Shown here piece by piece: positions 12,981 to 26,829 of a DNA stretch of 64,000 nucleotides. This DNA comes from Catajapyx aquilonaris. Its lineage: Eukaryota. Where the stretch lies: contig KZ538135.1 of NCBI GenBank assembly GCA_000934665.2, positions 1 to 64,000 on the forward strand. The letters are read 5' to 3'. Position 1 is the stretch's first letter. Each line of letters begins with the position of its first letter. Under the pieces are notes generated by a model. It did no database searches and had not been told where the DNA came from. It was given only the letters and a program-made list of their open reading frames with translations. A program made the translations under genes and the position numbers.

Positions 12981-13579
12981 GAAAGGGCCATCTGGGCCAT
13001 CTTGAACCCTCGATTGAATCATTCATTCGGGTTCCCCACCCCGGGGTCTGCTTCCCCCATCCCATGAACCCTTCTCTTTTACTCGGAATCGTTGCGTCCG
13101 ATCCAGGTGACCTGATCGCAACAATAGGCCCACCTGGCAACACTGGCTGACACATGAAAGAGGGTGTTCCAAAATAGACTAGTTGGACTAACTGCAAATT
13201 AGAAGAAAATCGCCGATTAGCTTAATTTAAACAATTGCGCAATTTCAATATACCGGTCATTTTCCAAAGTCTTCTCGAGGTGCGATACTATCGGAAGTCT
13301 TTGGCAATTCATATCCGTTCGGTGTCGGTTAATCGCATTAATGTGTTCCAACTGATTGTTAGGGGGGCAAGGCTGGCGAGAGGGGAAAAAAAGTCACGGA
13401 CAGAATGATTGATTGTTAGTATCGCAGATGGGGAGATCTCCTCCCCCTCCCCCCTGCCCTTCTTCTCTCAAAACGGAAAAAAAGACGCAATCTCCGTAAA
13501 ATGATGGCTCGGAAGTAAGTAATAACCGGCAGGTATCGGTCTAGGCAGCTGGCAACAGGGAGAAACTAACCGAGAAAAT

Positions 13580-14190
13580 GGTATTGATAGTATCGATACA
13601 AATGGTCACGATAGATTTGATAGTATATTGATGGTATCGACAAAGGGGTATTCACATTATCGATACAAATCGACAAAGAAGGTTTTGATAGTATCGAGAG
13701 TTGCGATTTAAATGGACACAGTGGTAATAATATCGATAATAGTAACACAATTGATTGATAGCATCGATGCTAAATTGACCAGATTGGGTGTGATATCGAT
13801 GCAAATGACAATGTGGCACTGGAAATATCAATACAAATTGAGATGAATTTGATAGCATCGATACATGTTGATCAGATGATATTAATAGTATCTATGACAA
13901 GATGTAATATCGATACAAATTGACAATATGGCATTGATAGTATCGATTCAAATGGGCCGTGACAGTGATAATATTGATACAAGTTGACAATATTGCATTG
14001 ATAGTATCAATTCAAATGGGCCGTGACAGTGATAATATCGATACAAATCTCCAAGATGACGGTTGATAGTATCGATATATTGACCAGATGAATTTGATAG
14101 CATCCACAACATGCTGTTCATAATATCGACACTAATTGACAAGACGGATGTGACAGTATCGATACAAATCGAGCACGGAAAATCGATAGT
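13580..14190. repeat. Degenerate GATAGTATCGATACAAAT repeat
   Basis: Recurrent TATCGATA-containing units. Confidence 0.75.
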
Positions 14191-14744
14191 ATCGTTTTCA
14201 GTGTACCGTGGGAGGGTCGGAAGGGTTAACTTCCAATTGTGGAGCCAGAAAAAAAGGGGTGTCGAGGGAAAATAAGCCTGGAATCGATCTACATGGCGAT
14301 TGTGTTGCCATCAGAGGTTGGAGAGGTTAGGAGGGAGACCGTTTTGGATTGAGGGCCCCCATTGTTGCATACCCCTCGGTCTCCCACGCCGCCTCCTGGC
14401 CCTTCTCACGCTCCGCAATCTGACTCATGTGAGACCTCCCATACATTTGGCAGGTTCGCTGGGGTCTTATCGAATAGAGAGAGAGAGAAAAGAGCAGTGA
14501 TTTGAGACGGGGTGCTGAATTGGGGGTGAGAAAAATTACAGGTCTCAAATCGATACTATCGACAGATTGGCTTATTTACGTCTTTGACATGGACTGGTTT
14601 TTTAAAATTCGTTTATTAGTGATCATAATGATGATGTATGGTCGCTAACTTTTTTTTTTTGCTATAGTGTAAAATGTCATAAATTAATCGGTAACGACTT
14701 TTGAAACTATAATTATACGATAGTTAAAACAGTTAAAAATTAAA

Positions 14745-14963
14745 GGGCCAAATTCAGAGAGGTTGCTTAACGTAAACGCGCCCGATTAAATCCTTTAGTC
14801 ATCCTCGATTAGCAAATTTAATCAACCTGCTAATACAAAGACGGCGATTAGCGCTAAACGCCCCCTAATCGCACTTGCTAGCACTTTTAAATTTGCTAAT
14901 CGAGGATGACTAAAGGATTTAATCGGGCGAGTTTAAGTTAAGCAACCTCTCTGAATTCGGCCC
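14745..14963. mobile_element. MITE with 77-bp TIRs (GGGCC ends, PIF/Harbinger-like)
   Basis: Arms GGGCCAAATTCAGAGAGG...AGCAAATTTAA match the reverse complement with 3 mismatches; no TSD seen. Confidence 0.75.
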
Positions 14964-16063
14964 GTGGAAACTAACTTGGCCAGCACCAAGACAGCACTTA
15001 TAAAGTATAGTTCCAACCATTTAATTGTCTACAATTGAAAGGCACTAACGCAGCTACTTTTAGCAGTTATAAACTTATATTTCAACAAATGCGGTCGCCG
15101 TCTCTTCGAACCGGTTGCTGGCGGAAACAACACTTGAATTGGAGGCTTCGGTTAGTGCCCACCCATCCAATAGCTTTAGGGCAGCCGGCTACTAGTCTCC
15201 GCTCTTTATAGCCTCTGCTATAAAAACCCCAGGCACCGTACTATCCCCGGAGGTCAAACGGTGTCCACTGCCGACAAAGCAAGCCGACAACAATGCTCTA
15301 AAACGGTAGCTAGGGTCATATGAACCCCCGGCCCGGTAATTTTTATCTATTTATAGACTCTATCCCTTCCCCCTTCTATACCCACCAGTGACCCCCCCCC
15401 CCACCACATTGCCCCTTCCATCTAATAAAAATGGCCGCCCGAATAGAGTCGGCTCCAACTAGTCTTAGCTTATATTGGCAGTTCATATATCAGTCAAGAA
15501 CTTCTTAGCGGCGGTTTTTGAGGTCTTTTTCCCCCGCCATTTTTTTTTTTTTTTGAAAACTTTCAAAGATGGGGAGACTTCTAGGATGGGGGGGTTCCCT
15601 CATTAAGAAGATCCCTTCCCCAAACAAACAACTCGGGCTTGCCGATGTTTATTTTTCTAATCCCTGTCGGTTGATAAACAATCTTTGGCTAGGGTAGGGT
15701 AAGCCTCTCTCTAGAGAGATGGAGACGCCTAACTGTTTTTGTCTAGGAATTTTTGAAATCGGAGGATAGTTGTTTTTTTGAAAATAAGGGGGGGGGGGAG
15801 GGCATTTTAAAAGAATAGGATTCGTATAAGGTTTTGGATGACATGAAGCACGTGGCAGGGGGTTTCAAGAATTTTGGTGACAGATTACAGGGAGTTAATT
15901 GGCTTAATGTTTATCGGGCAGAGTTCCGGATCATAGAAACGGTAACGATAACGTTAACGTGTAGCAGCAATAACAAACAAATAACAACACATCATATTTC
16001 CTTAATAAGAGCAGAATCAGAGGTAACTAATAAGGAGCGTTAATTACAACAATAAACCTCAAT

Positions 16064-16500
16064 TTAATTTACATTTGCTTAGTTTTTAGATCGTAATTTT
16101 AGATTTTTTTGACATTTAGCCGGCATGTTTATTGCAATTATTTATTAAATGAAATTAAAATTAATCGAATTTTGTTTGTATTTTAATGTTGGCGTCAATT
16201 TGTAATTTACTATAATCTATAATTAAATGTCTATTAACACTAATAAGTAGAATAAATTGGCATACTATAACATTTAATATTTTTAAATTTAAAGTGGCAT
16301 CTATTATAATTGTCATTATAGTATGCCAGTATATTCTACTTATTAGTTTTAATAGATATTTAATTATAGATTATAGTAAATTACAAATTGAAGCCAATAT
16401 TAAAATACAAACAAAATTTGATTAATCTAAATTTCATTTAATAAATAATTGCAATAAACATGCCGGACAAATGTCAAAATATCTAAAATCACAATCTAAA
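16064..16500. repeat. AT-rich long inverted repeat (~200-bp arms, ~45-bp spacer)
   Basis: CCGGCATGTTTATTGCAATTATTTATTAAATGAAAT...GGCATACTATAA pairs with TTATAGTATGCC...ATTTCATTTAATAAATAATTGCAATAAACATGCCGG. Confidence 0.8.
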
Positions 16501-19269
16501 ACACAAATAAAAATAAGCAAATTTAAATACAAATAAAACTAAGCAAATTTAAATACAAGAACTAAGCAAATTTAAATTAAATAAAAATGACAGACCTGTT
16601 AGTAAATACAAAGGTAGCTAAACAAATTTACATGCAATAATAATTACAGCTGCTAGTAAATAAAAATTACAAGTTAAAATTAAAAATATGCACATCAATA
16701 TTACTAATTAATGAAGGTAAAAATTGTAGAAAAATTCTCGAAAATTTATTGCCAATTCTCCTGTAATTCCAGTCCCTACCCCCTACCCTCTCTAGTAACG
16801 TTACTACACATTAACAATTTTTTAAAATTAAAATAAACCCCTATGCGAAAAATACAGAAGGTAGAAATTGCAGCAAATTTTTCGCCAAATTTTATTGCAA
16901 GTAGTTCCAGTCCATAGTCCCTCTCTATAGTAATGTTACTACACATTACTCTACCTGTGAAAAAAAAAATCCATCCGTCAACCCTCCAAAAAGCACCATT
17001 TAATTTATGCAACCCTCTCCCCCCCCCTGCCATTTCGGCACATACACACACACGTGTAGCATATGTGAGTGCCCATGTTTGCACTCGTTTTGCGCCCAAG
17101 ATGAAAGCTACCCCCGGNCCCCCCCCTCTCGTCGCTCTATGTTGTATCTATTTGCTTCTATCTCTCTCTCTGCACATTTGCTGCCCACCCTTTTTCGGCT
17201 GTTAATTATTCCGCCCCACCCCTAACTAACGGTATGTTGCACATTTTCATGTCCCTTCATGTGAAATGCTGCCCTTCCCAAACATATACCCTGGGGTTAA
17301 GGGTCAGTTTTTTTTGTGTGTGTGTGTAACATGTGAGGTCATGCATGGGGCTGAAAATGGGCTGGGGTGCCAATTATTTTGAGAGGTGATTTGGATTAAA
17401 TGGGAGGAGGGGTGGTTTTAAATAAAAGGAGGCCTTTTTTTTGGAAATTTCAGATTGGGGTGCATTTGGGCGGATTTTTTTTTTTTTTGAAAGGGTGTAC
17501 CATTAGAGCGGATTTAAATTTTTTTCCGGTGGCGATTTGTACAGGGTGTGTTAGTTTTAAACAAATTGCACACAGACGCTTGGATTGGCACAAACTTTGA
17601 ATATTTAAAATGTGCTAAAATCGGTCTAATGGCAGGCTTTGAAAATTTGGCGAAAATTTGCTAATGCAACGACCGCGCCATTCGAAATAGCCAACGGATT
17701 TATAAAATGCACGGTCTATATGCAAATATATAGTGTAATAAAACCTGTATATCATGTCCCTAACACACCAGAAAAATTCTGGGACTTTCAGTTACAGATA
17801 TTAATTTATTTTACCTATTATTTCTACTTATTTAATTAATCATTATTTATAAATTCATTCGTTATTTTATTTTATTTACCGTACATTTTATATTATTCGT
17901 GTATTGCTACTATTTATCATTTATTATTGATAGTGTATTTATTCATTGTCATTTATTTTGTTATGTTATTTTATTAATTAATGTATTTTATGTTATTGTA
18001 TTCAATTCATTATGTTTATCGGAATATCCGTAATTAATTATTTAGCGACTTTACGTATATTATTCTATTACGGTATGTATAATGTAGCTATATAATTTTA
18101 TTTGACATACCCTACTATTTATCCGGCAATTAATTTCTAGTGCATTCCATTTAATTAATAGTTAATGCATTACAGGATATACGTATGTACTATTTATTAT
18201 TATTATTTTGAAGCTATCCTAACAAACTTGGCGTGCTTCTACTGAAAAAAATAAATTTTCAGCTCATTTCTGGCACACCCTGTAGCCTATACACGTATGC
18301 TAACCGGGGGCCATTTATATCAAAAAGCATGCATAATACCCGTGGAGCAATTGCACATAGCACAAGTACTTAGAGTCGCAAAGCCTCCAAAAGCCTACAA
18401 TAAGTCCATTAGTGGCCAATTACCAGAATGGCATATAAAGGTGGGGGGGGGGGGGAGGGGGGGAGTTATCCACAATGATTGAACCTGTGTAAAGCCAGGA
18501 TTTTTTTTAAAAAAAAATTCCGAAGTACCAATAGTAATGCATAATTTATATTCAGAAATATTAAATAGCTTGCTGGGGTAAACAATCCGCGACTTTCGAA
18601 CTCAGTGCACAGCAGCACCGTTACCGAGCTAAATCACGTCAAAACACACCTGGATTAACTCCTTCAGCCTCCCTCCCCTGCCCCCCAACAATGGTCTGCA
18701 TTGTTGTCTCTTCATCCTCCCCAAATGTTTATGGTTGAACCCCAACCCAACCGAGGATTAACCTCTTGAGAGAGTTGCTGTGGAGTGGGCAGTGGGCAGT
18801 CACAATGGACGTCTCTATTGTGGATGGGACCCACCAACATCCTCTCCTCTTCCCCCCCAAAAACTATTGTTATCCAAGGAAGAGNNGGGGGGGGGGGGGA
18901 GAAGCAGACAACACAAGGAGGAGACGAGGGGGGAGGGAAATAATGGTGGCCTTTTGCGGCCTCGCAACCGGAAGACCCGATGGTCAGCAAGGAAGATGGA
19001 CGACGGTCAATTCTGCTGGAAGGAGGGGTGGGGGGCAATGGAGGAGGAACCGGAGGGCCTGAATCACTCCGGATTTCCTTCCTTAACTTCCGGAGAAAAG
19101 GTTGCCACATCTCCGGACAGGAAACCGGAAGGGACAAGGGATAGGGAAACGGACCCCAGTTATACACAGACATGGCTACGACACGTCTGGGAAGCTGAGC
19201 CCAAAATCACTCCTATAGAGTCGCCCAAAATCACAATTATCCCATTTAGCCATTAATATCAGCTAAATA

Positions 19270-19770
19270 ACTAGTTATTAACATTAGTTAAATCATTACT
19301 TATCGATATTAGTTAAATAATAAGTTATCGATATTAGTTAAATAATAAGTTATCGATATTAGTTAAATAATAAGTTATCGATATTAGTTAATAAGGTATC
19401 GACATTAGTTAAATAATAAGTTATCGATATTAGTCAAATAATAAGTTATCGATATGAGTTAATAAGGTATCGACATTAGTTAAATAATAAGTTATCGATA
19501 TTAGTTAATAAGGTATCGACATTAGTTAAATCATTAGTTATCGATATTAGTTAAATAATACGTTATCGACATTAGTTAAATCATTAGTTATCGATATTAG
19601 TTAAAATAATAAGTTATCGACATTAGTTAAATCATTAGTTATCGATATTAGTTAAAATAATAAGTTATCGATATTAGTTTAATCATTAGTTATCAACATC
19701 AGAAAATATTCAATTATTGATATTAGATAAAAGATTAAGTTGATATTAGTTAAATCATTAGTTCTGAACA
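19270..19770. repeat. ~25-bp minisatellite TTATCGATATTAGTTAAATAATAAG
   Basis: Direct inspection; degenerate relatives extend to ~20380. Confidence 0.88.
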
Positions 19771-21419
19771 GCTACGGAAAAGTCAATTATTGATAGTATT
19801 AGGTAAATATTAAGTTGATATTAGTTAAATCGTTAACTGCCAATAACTATACTAGAAAATCAGTACCGGTCGTTATTATAATATATTATTAGGAAGTTAT
19901 TAGTTATTAGCCTGTACTTCTACTAGGAAATTTTAGGGATTGAGGGTAGAATATTTGCAGTACCGGTAGTTACCAGTAGAAAGTTATTAGCTATTATTGA
20001 TATAGAAATTTATTGGCTGGGAATATTAGAAAATTATCAAGATCTAGTAGTGTTAGTCAAATCATTAGCTACTGATACTTCATAGATAAATCAATACCTG
20101 TAGATATGAAAATTAGAAAAATATTAAGTTAATATAGTAAGTTAAATCATTAGGTACTAATGCAGGTTATGTCAGTAGGTGCTAACATTAGAAAGAATAT
20201 TAGTTATTGAAAGGAAAAACTACCATAGTTATTGAGAATAGAAAATTAATAGTTATCGTCTTATAGAGAAGTGACAATTATGAGCTATTAATCCGATTCG
20301 CACTGGAAAATTATGAAGTAATATCAGACAATTAGCTACTAAGATCAGTTAAATTATTACTGTTCATTTATTATCTATAATTATTTTGCCTTTGCCTTGT
20401 GCATCGACATATCAGAAAACGGCCAACCGAATGCGCCTTAGTAGGGGAGGGGAAGGGGTGGGGGTGGAGCCAAGTTTCACAGTTTTTGGGTCGATTTTTT
20501 TTTTTTTCTTATTTTCTTTTCGTTGGATCTCACCTTTCGAGTCACGTTTCGGTTGCCTGGAAGCAACAATCAGGGAGCCAAAATCACATGGCGCCTGGGT
20601 TGTTTTGGATATTAACACCCCGGGTACAGGGATATCCCACCCCTCCCCCACCTCCCTCCCCATATATATATATTTTTTGTTACGAAAAAAGGCCCCCCAC
20701 CTTTCCCCCCCACTCACCCGGAACAGTGATATGCTTTTAGCCGCGTATTATTTTCAGCCTGAGGCATGTCCCAAGGCAAAAGCTGGGGAGAGGATGGGGG
20801 TACTAGTATAAGGCAGGGAAAANGGGGGGGGGGTGAGATAAGTACAAATCTGTCAAAATACGGAAAAAAGACGTATCTGCTCGTTATCTCGCCCCGTTAA
20901 CGCGAAGACGTTGCTATTTGTACTGCACGTAATGCACATATATTATGAACCAAATCGGGGGACAATAATTGTGAAAAATTAAACAAAAAAAACTAAATAA
21001 ATATTATGTTAAAATTTAACACATGAAAATAAACTATACAGTAGGTAAAAAAAATAAATTCCAATAAACCTTGCACAAGTACGTGTATACACATACAACA
21101 GTAAAATAAACATAATATTAAACGCAATATCTGCTCAATACGTACATGAGCACAAATTAAAAATAAATTCAATTCTTATAAAAATATTAATATTACGTAT
21201 AATAGGTAATATTCGTAAATTCAACTAACTTTAAGCAAAATACACGCTGCTGTCTAAACTGGACCCGTTCCGGACCGGGTCTAAAAAAGCCGAAATCAGT
21301 AGACATCAATTAGAAAATTAAGTCATAGACATTGCCGGGTAAAATATTAAGTTAATATATGTCATATTAGTTATATATTAGTCAAATTCTTCGTTGCTGA
21401 TATTAGGAAATTTTAGATC

Positions 21420-22080
21420 ATTATAGTTATTGAGAGTAAAAATTATGACTTACTGAGATGAGTAGAATATTACATATTAGTTATTGAGAGTAAAAATTAT
21501 GACTTACTGAGAGTAGAATATTACATATTAGTTATACTGAGAGTAGAATATTACATATTAGTTAGAGTAGAATATTACATATTAGTTATTGAGAGTAGAA
21601 TATTACATATTAGTTACTGAGAGTAGAATATTACATATTAGTTACTGAGAGTAGAATATTACATATTAGTTATTAACAGTAGAATATTACATACTGGTAT
21701 TAGTTATTAACAGTAGAAAATTATTATTTATTATAATTAGGAGATTATTGGTTATTAATATTTGGAGATTGTTGGTTATTACTTATTAATATTAGTACAT
21801 ATTATTGGTTATTAATATTAGTACATATTATTGGTTATTAATATTAGTACATATTATTGGTTATTAATATTAGTACATATTATTGGTTATTAATATTTGG
21901 AGATTGTTGGTTATTAATATTAGTACATATTATTGGTTATTAATATCAGTAGATCATTAGTTATTGAGAGTAGAAAATTACATATTAGTTATTGAGAGTA
22001 GAAACTTACTATTTATAATAATTTGGAGATATTATTGGTTATTAATATTAGGATATTACTAGCCATTAATATTAGATTAT
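21420..22080. repeat. Two adjacent AT-rich minisatellites (~28 bp and ~26 bp)
   Basis: GAGAGTAGAATATTACATATTAGTTACT followed by TATTGGTTATTAATATTAGTACATAT. Confidence 0.85.
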
Positions 22081-22199
22081 TCAGCTGTTAATATTATGAC
22101 ATTCTAAATAAATTGAAATTAGTTAAGTCATTATTAGTAACTGATACTAAGTTAAATCAGTAGATATCAATACGAACAATCGGTGCAGAGATCCACTAA

Positions 22200-22900
22200 C
22201 TGTCCATTAATCTGATTGGCTGAGCTCAACAACAACGACCAAAACGACAACAGTGTGGACCTAATTCCAGATCTGTTTATGAAGTAGACGGTGGTTGCAC
22301 GCAGTCAGTTTGCAGGTCGCGTGACAACAATATTAAAAAGTGTCAACCTCCTCCTGGGAACGCGTCGCACACAACGGACACCGCCCTTCGCATTTTACAG
22401 ACATTTTCTGGGGGCCCCCTAGTTCCAATAGTGACAGCCCGTCATAACACGCATTGTACTCAAACCGGAAATGGAACCCCCCCCAAAAAATTACACCCCC
22501 CTACCCTCTGGACTACATATTGACGTTTACCTCTCCACCCCCACCCCTACACACATGTCATTTGAATTTCAATTAATTGCGTCGCACCGGTGGGTTGACG
22601 CGCTCAATTGCTCCACTTGCTAGGACCGCATTGGGTCGAGCGACACGATTCGCGTTTCAACATGCCGGAAGTGCACTCGTCTAAACTGCATTTCGGAAGC
22701 AACCGGTTGTGACCCCCCCGGTATATGGTCACACCTATAGGAAGCATGGTTCCAACTCGCTTTAAAAGCGCGTGTTTTAGAGAGAGCCGCTTCTAAAGCT
22801 TGCCCCGTTTACACGAGGACGATTCTAGCAAATATATGGGCGGATGACCAATCAGGCTCGAGACGCAGTTATTCGTCTCCGATTGGCGAATATCAAGATC
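22200..22900. promoter_or_regulatory. Candidate CpG-rich promoter/enhancer island
   Basis: CCGGAAGT and CCGGAAAT (ETS), several CCAAT/ATTGG, GGACTACA, TGGTCACAC; no linked transcript identified. Confidence 0.3.
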
Positions 22901-22959
22901 GAAAAATTTTATCATTAAAAGTTTCACTTTATATATCATATACGTATATACATTACTCG

Positions 22960-23540
22960 TTTCGCGAATATATGTATTTACTCGTCTATAGACGATTAAA
23001 AGTACTCGCGAAACGAGTAAACGTATATTTGAGAAACAGATAAATTCGTGCACGGAACGAATGAATACATTGTCGAGACGAAGAAAAATGTACTCGCGAA
23101 ACGAGTAAATGCATTTGTGAAACGAATATTTGTAGTAAATGTAGTTGTGAGACGAATATTTGTGCGCGAAACGAACGTTTTCGCGAAACGAGTAAATGCA
23201 TTTGTGAAACGAATATTTGTGCGCGAAACGAGTAAATGCATTTGTGAAACGAATATTTGTGCGCGAAACGAGTAAATGCAATTGTGAAACGAATATTTGT
23301 GCGCGAAACGAGTAAATGTAGTTGTGAGAGTAGTGAGACGAGCATTTGTGCGCGAAACGAGTACATATATATGTGAGCTAATAAATTTACGCTCTAGTCT
23401 AAACGAACGCATATATATGTATTCGCCAGACGAATAACAATAAATGTACTCGCGAAACGAGTAATTATATTCGCGAGATGAATAAATTTGTGCTGCGAAA
23501 CGAATAAATATCCTCACAAAACGAGTAAATACCTTCACGA
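22960..23540. repeat. 40-bp minisatellite GCGCGAAACGAGTAAATGCATTTGTGAAACGAATATTTGT
   Basis: Exact 40-bp period at 23221, 23261 and 23301. Confidence 0.9.
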
Positions 23541-23994
23541 TACAAATTTTATTCAAGATCCGACCAAAATTAATTTAGCAANNNNNNNNNNNNNNNNNNN
23601 NNNNNNNNNNNNNNNNNNNNNNNNNNNNNNNNNNNNNNNNNNNNNNNNNCCCCCCCCCCCCGCCCCTTTTTTTTTTTGGGGGGGGGGGGGGGGAGTGGCT
23701 CTGAAAGTAGGTGGGGAAAAACCAGGAGGGGGTAGTGTTGGCAGGGGGGCGAAAAACGCCGCCGAAGTAAAAGCCGTAGGGTGATGGGTCTGGCGCCGGG
23801 TTCCCGATAGCCCAGAGAGGCAGGGTGGGAGGCTAAAGGTATATAGAGAGAGGCTTTTTAGATGAAGGTTGCCGTCTAGCCTCCCACTCCGGATTTATTG
23901 GGGGTCCGCCATGTCGTGACATGGCATAACTCATGCGAAAAAGAGAGTGGTCTATGATGGGGAAAGCTGGCTGCTGGGGTCCTCTGGTGGAGGT

Positions 23995-24910
23995 TCTTCC
24001 ACTTCATTGGGTTGGTAATGCGAGAAGTGCCAAAAAAAAAATCTGAAAAATATTTTTGTGATTTTTTTGGGGGACATTGAGCCTCCTGCGCGGGACTAGG
24101 CACTTCCACTTCATTGGGTTAGTAACGTGATAAGTTTTTTAAAAATTTATAAAAATATTTTTTGGGTGATTTTGGGGGGACTTTCAGCCTCCTGCGCGGG
24201 ACTAGGCACTTCTACTTCCACTTCATTGGGTTGGTAATGCGAGAAGTTTTAAAAAAATCACACAAATATTTTATGTAATTTTTTGGGACATTCAGCCTCC
24301 TGCGCGGGACTAGGCACTTCCACTTCATTGGGTTGGTAATGCGAGAAGTTTTAAAAAAATCACACAAATATTTTATGTAATTTTTTGGGACATTCAGCCT
24401 CCTGCGCGGGACTAGGCACTTCCACTTCATTGGGTTGGTAACGTGGTAACAGTTTTATAAAAATGACAAAAACATTTTGGGGGGATTTTTGCGGGACATT
24501 CAGCCACCTGCGCGGGACTGGGCACTTCCACTTTCACTTCATTGGGTTGGTAACGTGAGAAGTTTAAAAAAAAATCGCAAAAATATTTTTGTGATGATTT
24601 TTTTGGGGTACATTAGAGCCTCCTTCGCGGGACTAGGCAGGCACAATTTGCACTTCAATTTCAAATTTTCTGGCACTTTGACCCTCCTGCACGGGACTGA
24701 GCAGGGCACAATTTGGACACAGAATTTCAACGGATAATTTTTTTGGCACTTAGAGCCTCATGCACGGGACTAGGCCAGGTACATTTACACGCATAAACTG
24801 TCAATGTCAAATTTTCTGGCAGTTTGGGACCAATCAGGGCATAATTTGTGCGCAAAATGTCAATTTCAAATTTCCTGGAAATTTGAGCCTCCTGCACGGG
24901 ACTAACCTCA
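23995..24910. repeat. ~102-bp satellite (CTTCATTGGGTTGGTAA...GCCTCCTGCGCGGGACTAGGCA)
   Basis: Period 102 at 24221, 24323 and 24425; degenerates rightward. Confidence 0.88.
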
Positions 24911-25249
24911 ATTTCTGCTTTTCTGGCACGTTCCACTTTTCGGGAACAGCATCTGTGTGCCCCCCCNNNNNNNNNNNNNNNNNNNNNNNNNNNNNNNNNN
25001 NNNNNNNNNNNNNNNNNNNNNNNNNNNNNNNNNNNNNNNNNNNNNNNNNNNNNNNNNNNNNNNNCCCCCCCCCCCCCCATCCCTCCATGTGACTCCGATT
25101 GGTTCCAACTGTTGGTCGTAATTACATGCACCTACATTCAAAAGGAAACCAGGAACAACAGATGGGAGCAGACAATACAAATCCGGGAAAAGATGTCACA
25201 AAAGAAGTGTGAATCACTATTGTACTGCAATGCTTGGGCCAGCCAGGAT

Positions 25250-25830
25250 ATCGGGGATTATGGGGCTAAACAGTGATTTTTTTGGTTTAATCATAGATTC
25301 TGAAGCTATTCGGCGATTTTTGTGCCAATGGGATATTTTTGGGAGTAATCGGTGATTTTTAAGCCAATCAGCGATTATGTGCTAATAAACGAGTTTTTTG
25401 GTTGAATAAGAGATTCTTGAGCTAACTGGTGATTTTTGGGCTAATAAGCAATTTTTTTGTTTAATCAGGAATTCTGGAGCTAATTGGTGATTTTTGAGCC
25501 AATCAGATATTTTGGTCCTAATCCGAAATTTTGGAGCTAATAAGCGATTTTGTGCCAATAACTGATTTTTTTGGTTTAATCAGCGATTCTGGAGCTAATC
25601 GGCGATTTTGGTACCAATCAGAAATTTTCGGACTAATCGGCGATTTTGTGCTAAGCGATTTTTTGTTTAATCAGAAATTTTTGGGACTAATCGGCGACTT
25701 TGTGCTAATAAGCAAATTTTTTTTGTTTAATCAAAGATTCTGTAGCTAATCGGCGACTTCGTGCTAAATAAGCATTTTTTTGTTTAATCAAAGATTCTGT
25801 AGCTAATCGGCGATTTTTGACCCAATCATC
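25250..25830. repeat. Degenerate GCTAATCGGCGATTTT repeat
   Basis: Direct inspection. Confidence 0.75.
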
Positions 25831-26829
25831 AATTTGGGTGTCCTACAAATCGCTCATCCCCGATTAACCAGCTGGTCCAAGCATTGCAGTACATTTTTTT
25901 ACAATGACCTGCCCTCAACTTGATCCCAATGTTTGCTAGCACCAAAGGACGCTCCTTAATAAGTAATTAGCCTTAAAGTAACAAACTAGTTTCAACATCA
26001 ACTATTCATCGCCACTTGGAATGAAGCGGGCTTATACAGAGACACAGCAGGGTTGAGTTTGCATATATATTAATGGAATCCTGGGCTTTGCAGTATCTCT
26101 GCAGGTTGGAAATTACACACGTCATTGTGGGAGGGGTTGTCTAATTATATGTAAGTGCACCCTACACTCTAAATAATCTCATATGTGCAGAGAAAGTGCG
26201 ATTTAAAATTTATGTACTCGCTCAAAAAAAGGTGGAGACAATTTTGGACTAAAATAGTGCAAAATTGTCTCCTATCTTTTTGAGCAATATTGTACTGAAA
26301 GTGCACTGACTGAGTGCGATAAGGGTTACCTGCCACATTTTTTCGGTCAACACAAGGTCGTTCCACATACATCGCGTGCGTATGTCTCTAATCTGCTCTA
26401 TCTACAAATATCACCAGGTTGATGAGCCAAACCTAGGAGTCAATTTTGACCACCCCTGATCACAGGGTCCGGACACGCACTTATTTGTCTCCCCCCCCCC
26501 TCTTCAAAAAAAAGAGGGGGGCAAAAACCAGTGACAAATGACCCCCTCACTATAGTTGGACCCCCCATTGGCCTTATTCAGGCCCAACCGGTGGACACAT
26601 TAGTGCTAAAAGCTCACCCCACTTCCTGAACCGCGCAGTCTAGAAATAATTACGTTGACGCACCAATCGATACCACATTTAATTTTCGAAGAGGAGGGGG
26701 GGAGGGGGGGGGCTCTATTGAAAAGGACGTTCCCCCCCTACCATGTCCAAAACCCACACACNNNNNNNNNNNNNGGGGGGGGGGGGGGGGGGGGGGGAGG
26801 TATAGTCTAGGTCAATTCTTAAGGCAGTG

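Noticed and set aside
12948..13060. Possible LINE/SINE 3' end with a (GAT)n tail on the minus strand
   Set aside because: No TSD, ORF remnant or second copy visible; only a (CAT)n microsatellite is supportable.
22793..23556. Overlapping long ORFs, or a CRISPR-like array
   Set aside because: Plain 40-bp tandem repeat without unique spacers; eukaryotic context, no cas genes.
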